A DNA stretch of 64,000 nucleotides from Camelus ferus. Taxonomy: Eukaryota. Shown here in pieces: positions 12,171-25,082 of this stretch. Under the pieces are notes generated by a model that did no database searches, was not told the origin of the DNA, and saw nothing but the letters and a program-made list of their open reading frames with translations. Made by a program: the position numbers and the translations under genes. The stretch is from NCBI RefSeq assembly GCF_009834535.1, contig NC_045696.1:36024001-36088000 (forward strand). The letters run 5' to 3'. Position 1 is the first letter of the stretch. Every line of letters begins with the position of its first letter.

Positions 12171-15100
12171 ATAATAAATGAAAGTGTCCTCCAATCATCA
12201 TACCCAACTGAGCTGTTTACTCTAGTTAAATAATTGCTTCTCTTAATTCTCTCCTAAAACTTTAAGGGCTAATTATAAAGAGTTCTATAGTACAGTAACC
12301 ATCCACACTTTAGAAGAGAACTTCCCCAGCCATTCACACACAGCTAGAATTTTGAACCCTTAATTTCTATTTGCAATACATCTGTAACCATTTGGAAACA
12401 AAATTTACAAAATGTTGGATTATGAAAAGTGTGCATATTTTGTATTACCCAAGCTTGAGAATGTGAAAAAAAAAAACTCAGAGAAAATATTTTGCATCCT
12501 TATAGAGAACACTATAAAAAAAAGCTTCTGTGGCTTTTTTATTGGTAACATCCACAGCTCAGTGATAAGTCAATGTTCCTCTTCCTCCAGTTGACAGGCA
12601 ATAAATATTCAAGAGATCAGTGAGGGCATCAGCCAGTGCAAGAAGCCTGATGGCAGTGCACAACACAGCAAGTTATACCCCTCCTGTCTCTCACACGAGC
12701 TAAATAATTGGAGAAGCAGAGAAGTCAATCTGCCAACAGTTTGTGTTGTTTTTATTACAAGCCTATGGAGCATTTAAACTTTCCAAGGAGAGAGAATTGT
12801 CTCTGGCTTCAGCTCCTACTCTCTTAAAACCAGCTGTACACCAGCCACTTCCCATGCTCCATAAGGCACCCAGCTTAGAGAATTCCACTTCCTCCCAAAG
12901 ACCAGTCAGAACTGTTTGGAAAGGCAGGCACTTCAAAGTAACACAAAGATCTGGTGAATGTTCACATCACTTCAGAAAGCACTTCCCTGCTCAGAGATAA
13001 GAGGGGGAAGCTTCAATACTCTGAAAGCCTTACAGAGTCACAGCATTGCTCCCACCTGCTTTTCTGTTTTCACCCAGAAACTTAAGTCATTTGGGAGGCA
13101 TGCTTCTTGCACAGTTGAGCACAAATAACAACTGGCTGGGAAAACAGGACAACAGAAACCTTTGCTGTTTTGATTTGGAGGGGCTGGAACATGCATGTGA
13201 AACAGATGTAGTACCAAAGACTGTGACTTCCAGGTCTTGAAAATCTTACAGTGCTTTTGACTGCCAGTTTTGTAATTATCTGGCAAGACTGGACTCTAAA
13301 CTGTTTTAATATTAGAGGACACATTTCTCTTTCCCCTTTACCTTTTCTGTGAATGAAGAATTCCCTTTTCCACAATGAGACTACCCAAAATTGTAATTCA
13401 ATCATTACAGCTACATCTGAAAATATCTCATCAATGGGGAGGAGATACACTGAACCTGGCAGAGATTCACTATGGTAAGAGACTGGCACCACAGGTATCC
13501 AGCTGCTCCCTTTTTGTTCCACAGAATAAACATAGCTTATTTAATTTAATCTCAGATCACATACCATAAGCAATTATATACATAGAGTCCCCTTCCAAAG
13601 ACATTCAATAAGGAAGACATTCAGATGCTACTTGTGGGTTGTCACTTTCTTGGGGTATGCCTACACAACCAGTCCACTAAGAATACACAACCGCTTTAAA
13701 GTTAGTGGTGTGATAATTAAAGTTAAATCATCTTCATATCCCAAAATGAAGAAACAGCTTGTATTAAACTATTTCTGCTTTTATTAGTTAATGTCATAAG
13801 CAAAGCAGTCTTCCTTTTAAAAGTATCTGTTCTCTATGTTTAGAATCTTCCTGCTAAATCTTCCCACATTTATCAAGCCAAATAAATCTTACACAGCCCA
13901 CATCCTCCCACATCTAAATTATTTGGGTTTTCCTGACAAGCACATGAAATGTTAATCAACTAATAAACAGTCATCCCTTTTTTCTAAATAGAGTGACACC
14001 TGGCATTTCTCTTTCCTGACCACCCCCCTAAAGACCTCTCCTTCACCAGACAATTGAATCTACCTTTTTTTAACCTTCCCATCAATGATCAATGGCTTCC
14101 ATCATTTCTGATGATTTGAACTATTCAAAGTCAAAAGTATATATCATTAATATCATAATTTTAATTTATAGATAATTTCATGTGACAATATAATAAAGCA
14201 CTGACATGCAGCATTAAGAACAATACGATGTAGTTTTCTAAAAACTGTATAACCAATTAATGAGCAGAGACGTGTGATGTCCCATTCTTGAGTATCACCT
14301 CACCCCTGGCTCCGTCTATATTCTCATTCTACCCCTGAAAGTCTTCTAATTACCACATCCCAAAGTTCTACTTTACCCATCCACCCATGATTCTCTCTCT
14401 CATCCTTTCCTAACTGGCCAAAAGGGCAACTTCCATTAGGCTGAATTCTCTACTTTTGTATTGAATGGTCACATCATAGGCAAAATAAACATTAATATGT
14501 CATTTTTGAATGGGGCTGCCCAGTTTCATCTTAAGATATCTTAAATTCATAATTATAGCATAAAAGAACTTTAGAACCAAAAAATTTGGCCAATCACTTA
14601 ATCAAGACTACTAATTTTATTTTTATGTATTTGCTTTTTTTCTGGACATTTATGCAAGAGTTCAACTCTTCAGCTGATGACGTAGTCTACTTGTCCATGA
14701 AAGATCCCTCACATATAGAATTTTATTCTTCCCTTTATTCCTGATATCACTCTCATTTCCTTCTTTTTTCATTGACTACCCACTATACTACATGTCATTG
14801 AATATCTCTGTATGGTGAAAAAATAAAAGAATTCCATGGGATTTAAATGTACACAAAACTACAGAATTATGATACTAAAAGTTTTCTTTTATGTCTTGCT
14901 TTTCTTTTCATGCAATGCGTTGTAAAGTATATGAATGTTACTATAAATATATCTCATTCGTTGCTTCTAGCAGTGAAATAGCATTCCATGGTACATATTA
15001 TATTATTTTACTTTTTATTACCCTAGTGACAGACAACTAGGCGTTCTCCACCTGTCTAGTATAATAAATGTGTATAATTATTACTCAAATAAGACAATTT

Positions 15101-15339
15101 TAGGGAGAATATTTACAAATGGACTATTTTTAAAAGATGTGGATTGGATTTAGGATAATCACAAGGGTTATTTCATTAGCCCAGGGTTAGAAGCTGCAGA
15201 ACTCTACAACCCCTACGTTCAAAAAAGTAAGTGCAAGGAGTGGTTGCCAAGCCTGAAAAAGGGGGTTCATACTGAAGTCTACAACCAGAGAGGAGCAGTG
15301 ACCTTGGGTGGAGGGACACAGCCAGCTCAAGCTGCTCTC

Positions 15340-16850
15340 TCAGGTCTCTGAGGCTCTCTTCAGTTTTTCTTCATTCTTTTTTCTTTCTGCTCCTTAGTCT
15401 AGATACTTTCCACTGATCTTGAGGATTGCTGATTCTTTATTCTGCCAGCTCAAATCTGCTGTTGAGCCCTCTAGTGAAAATTTCCTCTAATTTATTATAG
15501 ATTTCAACTCCAGAATTTTTATTTGCTTTTTGTTTTTAGTAAGTTCTATCTCTTTATTGATATTCTGTATTTGGTGAGTCACCAATCTCATATGTTTCTT
15601 TAGTTCTTTAGAAGTGATTCCCTTTAGTTCTTTGAACATACGAAAAATAGTTGATAGCTTTGTCTAGTAATTTCAATGTCTGGACTTCCTCATGAACCCT
15701 TTTTAGTCTGCTGTCCACTTTTTCCCCCAACACATGGACCATACTGTCTTGCTTCATACAATTCTTTTTTTTAATTACATCTAGATACTTTACATCTTTT
15801 TTTAATTAAATCTAGATACTTTAAGTCATATGTCAATTCAGATCCCACCCACTCCCCAGTTTGGTGTAGTTGTTGTTCATTGTTGTTGTTGCTGCTGCTG
15901 TTTGTTTAGTGAGTTTCTTGAACTCATTTTGTAAAGTATGTACTTTTTGTCATATGCAGCCACTGAAGTCTTTGCTTGATTAGTGGTCAGCTAATGATTA
16001 AACAGAGATGCCCTGAAATGCCTTTGAAGCATTTCACCAACAGACTATGTTTGTGTGTTGAGGTACACCTTCAGTGATCTCCCTGGCAGTCAAAATTCTG
16101 CTTTAGTCTTTACTTTCTGCTTGCACAGAACTTCAAGATCCATCAAAGATCAGAGACTTCTCAGGTCTTTCTTGGACATACACACAGTCTTGCACATGTG
16201 TGCAGCCTTCTAGATTCCCAAGATTATTTCAAGGCTTTCCAAAGCCTTGTCTGTCCATCTCATTACCTAACATTTCCTTTTAAGCTTTTTGGTCAGCTTC
16301 TTGTTTGATCTCAACTGTTATCACCACTTCAGGCAGCTTCAGAGTTTAAAAATGACCACTGATTGTTTTCAACAAATGTCTCAAGGAAAAAATGTTCACA
16401 ATGATTACATTATGAATCATGTTAAATAAATACAAGCCCTGCAAGTGGGGATTTCCAGGGAATCGTCAGACAAATCCAACAATGACAATTCTCCAGGGAT
16501 GGAGGTTTTGGGGAGCCTCAGATTTCTTCTGCTCCCTTCAATGAGTTCTTGGCTACAGTAGGTTTTCATAATGACTAACAAACAGTAAAACAGTTGGTTT
16601 TCAATGCTACTGCAGAGCTGGAGAGAGAGAGATGGGACTACTGCAAGGCAAAACACCAAGCCCACTGTTCCTTTTGCAATTTAGCCTTTTTTTTTTTTTT
16701 TTCAATAAATGGTCCTCAGATTGTTGGAAGCCTTTGGTTAATTTCAAAATTCTGAAAAGTTAACTTTGATCATTTTACCAGTGCTGTCATTGCATAAATG
16801 GACAAGAGGCTTTTCAGAGCTTCTTATTCTACAATCCTCACTGATGTCAC
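15340..16850 (-). mobile_element. Old L1M 5' region (5'UTR/ORF1) fragment
   Basis: caggtctctgaggctctcttcagtttttcttcattctttt, ctgctgttgagccctctagtgaa, ttcaactccagaattt are typical of L1MC/MD 5' ends. Confidence 0.75.
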
Positions 16851-16964
16851 TATTTGTTAATTTTTCACTTTGAAATGTATTTATTTTTTAGACTTTAATC
16901 CATCAGTTATTTTTCTAAGGCATAGTTTTTGGAAATTATATTTTTCAATAGTGCTGAATAATCT

Positions 16965-17250
16965 GTTTATGCCCCTGTAGATCAACTGTCAATTTTCTCC
17001 ATCCTGCTTTGTGACCCAAGAAACTGACCTTAGTGAACTGCTTCAGCCAGCCTCCTTTGCCTTCTGGTTTCCAAGTATGCTCAGACAATAGGAGAAAAGT
17101 TATTCTACCGACTTCCTGCCTTCTAGACCATGATTTGGCAGTAGCTGCATTAGTCTACCACATGCCTCTACCACAGGTGCAGTTCTGATACCTTCTGATA
17201 ATAATTCCTTCCTTTGGCCCCTTCAGACCTATGAATGATATAGGCTACCC
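16965..17250. mobile_element. Old ERVL-type LTR fragment (LTR33-like)
   Basis: ctccatcctgctttgtgacccaagaaactgacc...ctcctttgccttctggtttcc. Confidence 0.45.
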
Positions 17251-17639
17251 ACTTACATTGCACAGAACAGCCTCTCTGCCACTCCACCAACAAATTATTT
17301 GGCTCAAAATACAAATAATGCTGGGGTTGAGGAACCCTGCTCTAGTCTGTTCCAATAGTCTGTATGCTGTGCCTACCCTAGTGCCAAATTATTTTTATTA
17401 CTGTTTGTATAGCATATCTTCATAACATTTAGGATGTAGGCTCCCTTTCTTTAAGAAAAAGATAGGTAGTACCATATAAACTTTATAATAAGTTGAATTT
17501 TTCAAAATAACCTGCTGGAGTTTTATTTGGGATTCATATTGATTTTTTTAATTAATATTGGAAGAATAAACATTTTTACAATGTTAATGATGAGAGGCAA
17601 CTATGCATGACCCTAGAGATTCCTTCTGTGCCCTCTATC

Positions 17640-18250
17640 ATTAGCTTATCAGAGGACTGACTCAGCCTTTAGCTGATGTCAGCATTCTTGGCATGCAAGT
17701 CTGTTCCCATGACCCCTGTATGCAGACCTTGGTCATCCATATGCAGAGTCCTCAGGGTTGGTCCCTGGCTGGAAATTCTGATACTTAATCATCTCCCTTC
17801 TCTATCATCCATTCTAGAGTCCCCTTTCTTCAGCTAATTCCTATTCTGGTAGGATAACAGTTTTGGTGGGATGACTTTCCTCCCTGAGGAGTCTGATCCC
17901 CTAGTTGCCATGCCCTTCTCAGATGATGGCTACCCTAGCAATGAGAATCTTGACACCAGTAGTATGCAGAATGTGGATAGTCCCTAACATTCTATTATAA
18001 TACAATGGTTAAAGATTTCACTGGATGGCATACTGGTAGAAGGGGCCCCAATGGCTGCTACAACGTATCTACTACTAGAAAGAAACTAGGGAAGTGATCA
18101 AAATAAGGGCTGGGAATTAAGTGAAAACTCCTGACCTGTCTTGCTTCGTTGAAGAGAGATAATGACAGACTCTTAGTGATTAATCATCAATTCAAGGAAA
18201 AATGAGAAAGTACTTAAGGAAAAATGTCAGCATCGTCTCTATCCCAGCCT
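17640..18250. mobile_element. Degraded ERVL internal fragments
   Basis: gagtctgatcccctagttgccatgccc and gagagataatgacagactcttagtgattaatcatcaattcaagg resemble ERVL internal sequence. Confidence 0.35.
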
Positions 18251-18419
18251 CATCAACTGACTCCAGGCATAGAAGCATCCTTTGACCCTCAGTCTTTTTA
18301 GAAAACATTATCCCTCTGGAACTTAGTTCCTTCAAATTTCAATGCATCCACAGCTTTCCAGTGACTTTAAAGGAAAGCATGATTTTTTAGTTTATCCAGG
18401 ATTTATTTTTGTTACAGCA

Positions 18420-18928
18420 ATTTGATAGTTTCAAAAATATGTCCAAAAATTCTTCAAAACTGTTTTCCCTTCAAGGGACAAAACTTTATTCTCAGGCACC
18501 TGAGTGTGGGCTAGATTTCAGGTCATACTGCTGATGACTAAAATATGACAAAAGTTATGGCTTGTCCCCAAAGACTCCATCTCCAGGAGGATAATCTCTC
18601 TGGCTCATTCTCTTAATCAGATCACTTGCTTTATGGGAATAGGCTTCCACCTTCTAAGAATATCCAGGCAGCCTATGGAGAGGCCCACATATAAAGAAAC
18701 TGGGGAGTCCAGTCAACAGACATGTGAATGAGCCTAGTTGGAAGTGGACCTTCTACCAGTGGAACCTAAGATGACTACAGACCATAATGACAGGTTGTCT
18801 GAGTCAGAACCACTGAGCTAAACCACTCTTAGATTCCTTACCTTCACAAAGTGTATGAGATAATAAATGTTTTAAGCTGCTAAGGTTGGGAGTAATTTGG
18901 TATACAGCAAGAGATAACTAATGCAACA
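18420..18928 (+). mobile_element. MaLR solo LTR (MLT1F/G-like)
   Basis: gcagcctatggagaggcccacat core; ends gtaatttggtatacagcaagagataactaatgca. Confidence 0.8.
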
Positions 18929-20649
18929 GGACTAAAGATCTTTCAGAGCCTTCCCATCTGGAAGCCATTCATTAGGGAATTTTACCCACTCACTTGGATG
19001 ATTACCAAATTTATATCACTAGTTCAGAAATCTCCGACAAGCTTTCACATATTATATTATTTTTTCATTTGCCTCATCCACCTGCTTCATTTTCTGCCTC
19101 TCTATTTATGTTTGAGGGATAGGGTTTATATTAATGCCCTGAACTTACCTCTATCATTGAATTTAGAACTTTGTATGACAAGTTTTGGTATTTCCAACCT
19201 ACTAGAGAGTGAGATGCCTGAAGGGAGAAAGAGTGTTCATCTTTGCATTCCTGTGCACCCAGCACATATGGGTCCTCAACACACAGTTGTTAATTAATTA
19301 ATGAATAACTAATCAATAGTCATGATGGAGTCAGTCACAAACTAACTATCTGAGGCAACTATGAATTGCAAAATGTGGCTGAATGGCAGAGTCACCAAGC
19401 ATGGAGAAATATGATAAACATTCATTGCATTTTTCATATAGACCGGTGTTGATTAAGCTTCAGTTTATTGTTCCAGAATCCTTCATCATGTGTTATGAGA
19501 CATCTCCCAAAGGAAAACGGACCTTCAGAGAAATAAGTAAATCTAATATTGGCCATCTAATAAAGAGAAGATGAGAGGAGGATTAAGATCCATGTTTGAA
19601 ATGCCAGATGAGTATCTGTGTCTGATTTACTGATTAACTTAGACCAGAACTAATTTTTGTCATCATGGTATTTGCTAGGAATCTAGACACATAAGGTCTG
19701 CGGATGCTGCATAACAAGTGCACTAATGCTTCTCAAGTTCATGAACCATGTCTCTTCAACCTTGACATTAGTCTGAATAGAACAAGACCACAATATATTT
19801 TTGGTTTCTAATCCCTTGTTATCAATTGTTCAAGTGCTTTGGCATTAAAAAGGAAGGAGAATGCCATTCCTTTATCCCCTGCTGGTTATACCTCTCCTAA
19901 AGTCATAATCCCTGTGACAATAAGCGATTGAAGAGGACGTTGCTTTGATGAGGCTATTTAACCTCAATCCTTTTTACATACTGTTTGTAATCTGCACAGC
20001 TATACAATTATTCAGCCTCCCTTTTTTTAGGGAATCTTTTCACACTTACATGCTCCCCGAACTTATAATCAGTTTCACTGGCATAAAGACAAAACCCTCC
20101 CAAATGTAGTTTAAAATCATGCCACTGTTGGCCTTAATCTCCTTCAAAAGCCCTAAAATATAAATTAGGCCTGTATTCATTGTATCCCAAAGAGCTTTCT
20201 TTTCTGAAACTTGCTCTCACTGCCACAGGGCCTCCCCAATAGTTCACAACAGCCATCTGGTTGGTGTGCTTTCCCAGATGGGCTCAGTCAGCACAGATTC
20301 CAGGGCTTAAGAAAAAGGAGAGGAAAGAGACATTTGGTAGCTGACTAAATTTAAAATGTACAATATTGAGACAATCTGCATTTCCTTTTCTCTCAGCTTT
20401 ATCATCACCTGCAACAGTTATCTGTGCCTAATAGGAGCTGCCATCTTGGTTAACAAACTTCACAATAGTTTATGATTTCTTGATAAAAGAATACTTTGAG
20501 AGGTAAAGAGAACTGTTCCTTGGTTTTAGAGAAATCTGTTATAAAAATATACATGGATGCTTGAATTATTGTGAAACTGTAAATTAGAATGATGTTTGCC
20601 CTGCAATAGAAAAGTGGAAGACTGAGAAAGATGTGTTGTGCAGTCTTTT

Positions 20650-21005
20650 AAATAATAATAGAAAACACTCACATAGGGCTTAAAACATGGCAGCAAATGT
20701 CCTGAGTGATTTACATATGCAAACTCATTTAATCCTTACGATAATCATGCGGAGTATGCACTATTACATCTTTGTTTAATGATAAAAAATAATACAATAA
20801 AGAAGGTAAATAATTAATGCCCAGTAATACAGATACTGGCTGAACCAGGATTTGAACAAATGGTCTGGTTGCAAAGCCTGTGGTCCACACTTTTTTTTTC
20901 TAATGGAGGTACTGGGGATTGAACCCAGGACCTCATGCATTCTAAGCAAATGCTCTACCACTGAGCTTTACAATCCCCCTATGGTCCACTCCTGAGCGTT
21001 ACAGT
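20650..21005 (-). mobile_element. MIR SINE interrupted by a tRNA-derived SINE
   Basis: aactcatttaatccttacgataatc, ccaggatttgaac. Confidence 0.65.
20891..20979 (-). mobile_element. Short tRNA-derived SINE, camelid (vic-1-like) type
   Basis: Minus strand ggggattgtaaagctcagtggtagagcatttgcttagaatgcatgaggtcctgggttcaatccccagtacctcc then an A tail; A and B boxes; flanking repeat tggtccac at 20881 and 20982. Confidence 0.85.
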
Positions 21006-22356
21006 ACTTCCTCCATCTTTTATCTTGTGCTCTTAATCAGACTCCCAGGGTTGCTCACATTCCAAGACTTGATCTCTGTAAAGTTAATTTTTCTCTAGTT
21101 AACTGTCGCCACAGCTGGCAGGCAGTCCAAGTATGTCCGATAGGCAGGCAAGGGCAAGCCTGAAGTATGGTGACGTCCACCATCTGCCATGTTAGAGGAG
21201 CCCAGAACCTTGGTTGCTAGTATTAATCTCTCTTAGGCTGAGGGAGAAAAGTAGTTAGACAGATCAGCCAACAAAGCCCTGAGGTTAAGCAAATAATTGC
21301 CGACTGCACCACAGTAACAAAAGCCAGTTTCTGCTGCATTAGGTTTCTGGCCACACCAAAAGCTTTCTCAAACTTTCAGCACTACAGACCATATAATATA
21401 TCTTTATGTGTAAGAGTATGTGTGTTTTAAATCAATTCAGAGTCAATAATTTGATGTCCATACCACTTAGCACATCATTTAGAAGCTTGATAAAGTATAT
21501 GAGCAATTATCTTTCCAAAAAAATTGAAAAACACAATTAAAGGACTAATATGAAATCCTCTGCCCCCATCAAGCAGGATCAGGAAAGTGTGTGCAAGGTT
21601 ATTGAATCTGATGCCTTCTACACATCAAGTGATCAAGAATATAACTAAGAAGCCCTATTTTCACCTCTATATGACCTCTACATGATAAAGGTGTAGTAAA
21701 AAAGTGGCCTTTCCAAGGATGCTATAGCCCATGGGAAAAAAAGTTAAAATATGTGGCTGGACTACACTTGAAGGGGTGACCAGCAGCAGGAAGAATCATG
21801 CATCAAAAGAGGCTTGTTCATGACCATAATTACAATGATTAAACTAGAAGATGGAACTCTGCAGGGAAGTGAGGTCTGGGAAGATAGAGATGGCTTTGAG
21901 CCACTATCTAGGTAGGTGGAGTTTAAGTCTGCCTTGCCTGGGTTTCAGAGAAAAAGGGATGCCACAGGAGACAGTTGGGTAGAATGGGAAACACTTTCAG
22001 CTCTCCTTCCTCCCATGATGCTTAATCGCCCATGAAAATCACTGGCTTGTCAGCCTCCCAGAAGTTTCCATGGTTCTCTTACAAACAAACATTGTAAACA
22101 AAAGGTGAAAATTTCCACAGCACTTTGGGTTCCCTAAGCATTACAAGACAAAAATTACAAGAAATAAAATTCTAGCTCTTTTGAGGAATATCCATAAATC
22201 TTCTAATTTAAATCTATATCTGATCTCCAGCTAGAGTTAAACCACACTAATAATCTCAAAGAAATATGCATTTCAGCATTTATATTATCATTTATCCTAC
22301 ACATCAATATTAGTGCAGTGTTCATTTCAACTACTCAAACTACTACCTCAAGCCTT

Positions 22357-23196
22357 CCAAAAAGCACATGAAAAGATGCTCAACATCGCTAATCATCAAG
22401 AAAATGCAAATCAAAACCACAATGAGGTATCACCTCATACCTGTCAGAATGGCTTTATCAAAATGCACACAAATAACAAATGTTGGCCACAATGTGGAGA
22501 AAAGGGAACCCTTGTACACTGCTGGTGGGAGTGTAAAGTGGTAGAGACACTGTGGAAGACAGTGCAGAGGTTTCTCAAAAAACTAGAAACAGAACTACCG
22601 TACGACCAAGCAATTCCTGGGTACATATCAAAAAAAAAAAAGGAAAAAAAACACTAATTCGTAAAGATACACGCACTCCAATGTTCATAGCAGCACTATT
22701 TACAATCACCAAGATATGGAAGCAACCTAAGTGAAGTGTCCATCAACAGATGAATAGAGAAAGAAGACATGGCATATATATATAATAGACTACTATTCAG
22801 CCATGAAAAAGAATGAAATTTTGCCATTTGCAGCAACATGGATGGAGCTAGAGAGTATCACAGTAAGTGAAGTAAGTCAGACAGAGAAGGAAAAACATTA
22901 TATGATATCACTTTTACATGGAATTTAAAAAATATAACAAACTAATGAATGTAACAAAAAAGAAGCAAACTTACAGACATATAGAACAAACTAATAGTTA
23001 CCAGTGGGGGGGCAATATAGGGGTAGAGGAGAGGGTGGCACAAACTATTGGGTATAAGATAGACTCAAGGCTATATTCCCTGTCCATAACGCAGGGAATA
23101 TAGCCAATATTTTGTAATAACTGTAAATGGAAAGTAAAAATTGTATAAAAACAAAAAAATTTTAATTAATAAATGTTAAAAAACAAAACAAAAAGA
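22357..23196 (+). mobile_element. 5'-truncated L1 3' end with TSD
   Basis: ORF2 C-terminal remnant ([15 protein letters not shown]), 3' UTR, A-rich tail; imperfect TSD aaactactac..aagcctt at 22337-22356 and 23197-23215. Confidence 0.9.
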
Positions 23197-24519
23197 AAAC
23201 TACTACTAAAGCCTTAACAAGTAATAATACAATGCCTTAAATGGGAATTTGGAAATAAATTTGAACTTAACAAAAAAAAATGTTAAGGTTTGTACTGTAT
23301 ATGGAATAACCTTTCATGTTGGCAACATACTTCATCTACACTTAGAAACAGCCTCCTGAATGGACTCTCCCCATCTTTCTATGCATGTTAAGCCCACCAA
23401 TATAAATTATGATACACAGCTGTCCCAAAGCCATCAGTAACCCCTCACTGACTAAAACATTAAATAGAAGCACAAACTTTTTACTACGCATCACAAGATA
23501 AAATAATAAAATGGTCACAACTGAAATTTTACCAAGCTGAATTTCCATACTAGTTGCTTTAATTTGCATGATAATCTTCTTTTCTCTTTTCTGTTAAACA
23601 ATAAATAATAATACCTTAGCAGTGAACGGACATTAAGGATCATTCCTCCCAAAGAGAATAATCACATTGATAGTAAGAACCGAAACTCAGTCATGAAACT
23701 TGGCCAGTACTATTTCATAGAGTTTTCTTAGCAATATAAAGGGATGGCAGGTTAGACAGTAATAAGAAGAATTCTTGATTTTGAAGTATTGACTAGGTAT
23801 TAATGTTACATTGTTTGCAGTGAATGCACTTAAAAGTTCTTGGAGGACACAGACATTTTACTTGTTATTGAATGGCAAAAAAATGATGTGAAAATCTACT
23901 ATCTTTAAAGGAGAATATGAATAAACAGGACATATATGAAAAGAATTAACTGCCCATCTTTAAACTAATGTGAAAAGTCGTCTAGATTACTCACCTTTAG
24001 TGTCTTTGGACATCATTGCATTCAGTGATTTTACACAGGACTGAGTCCTAAGCAAAACAGGACATACGCCTTTTGGAGGAAGTTGTACTCAATTCTAAAC
24101 TTAAAATACGGTTTATCAAATAACAATACTTAAAGAGTTTAACATGTTATTTTGTTTCTATAAGCTGTAGAAAATACATGTTCCACACCAATTTTTTATA
24201 AGAGGCTGTCATTTTTCTGAAGGCTCACAAATCAGCATTCCATGGTTTATACGGTCTATAGATCCAGTGAATCAGATGTGCCACCTGATATGTTTTCGAA
24301 TTTCAGCTTTATTTTACATTTTAATATTTTAATTAGCAACTTTGTTTCTTTAGATAAGAAAGCTGTTATTATGTGTTTATGCTTTTTTGGTTCATTTGAA
24401 AGTAGCAAATATATCTGAGCTTTGGGAACAATGACTAAAGACAAAATTGTTTAAAAAATGCATTGGAATAGAACAGAATATATACTTTTTAAATTTTAAG
24501 TAAAATGAAAGTAAAAGAG

Positions 24520-25082
24520 ATAAGTGGTTTTAAAATGCATCCACAAATTGTTGATACACCTCCCTTCAAGAAGTAGAGCTTAATTTCCCTCCCATTGAGT
24601 GTGGGCTGGATTTGATGACTTGATTTCATCAAATAGACCATGATAGAAATGATGGTGTGTGACTTCCAAGATTAGATAATGAAAGACTTTGCAAATTTCT
24701 CTTTACTCTCTCTTTGATTAATTGCTAGGGTGGAAGCCAGATGCCATATCCTGCATCACATATATATCATACTTGAGGACACTCAAATAACTTTATATAG
24801 CAGTCCATATGGCCAGGAACTTAGGCTTCTTGTCAAAACCATCAAGGAATAGAGGCCTTCTGCCAACAGTCATGTACCTGAGCCATGCCAGAAGTGGATC
24901 ATACAGCCCCAGTCACATTTTCAAATGATAGTAGCCCCAATCAATAACTTGACTTGACTCTGACTCAGAACCATCCGGTTAAGCCGTCTTCAAATTTCTG
25001 ACCCATAAAAACAATGAGTGAAAAAATGCTTGTGTTTTTCAGTCTCAAGATAATTTGTTATGCAGCAATAGATAACTATAGA
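24520..25082 (+). mobile_element. MaLR solo LTR (MLT1F/G-like)
   Basis: tccctcccattgagtgtgggctggatttgatgacttg; ends taatttgttatgcagcaatagataacta. Confidence 0.8.

Noticed and set aside
13082..13522. 146-aa minus-strand ORF
   Set aside because: No recognisable domain or exon structure; consistent with chance.
15763..15823. ~30-bp tandem duplication (ttttttaatta(c/a)atctagatacttta) inside an L1
   Set aside because: Ordinary slippage duplication of only two copies; not an array.
20891..20979. Functional tRNA gene
   Set aside because: The A tail, flanking direct repeats and a related copy at 63438 indicate a SINE.
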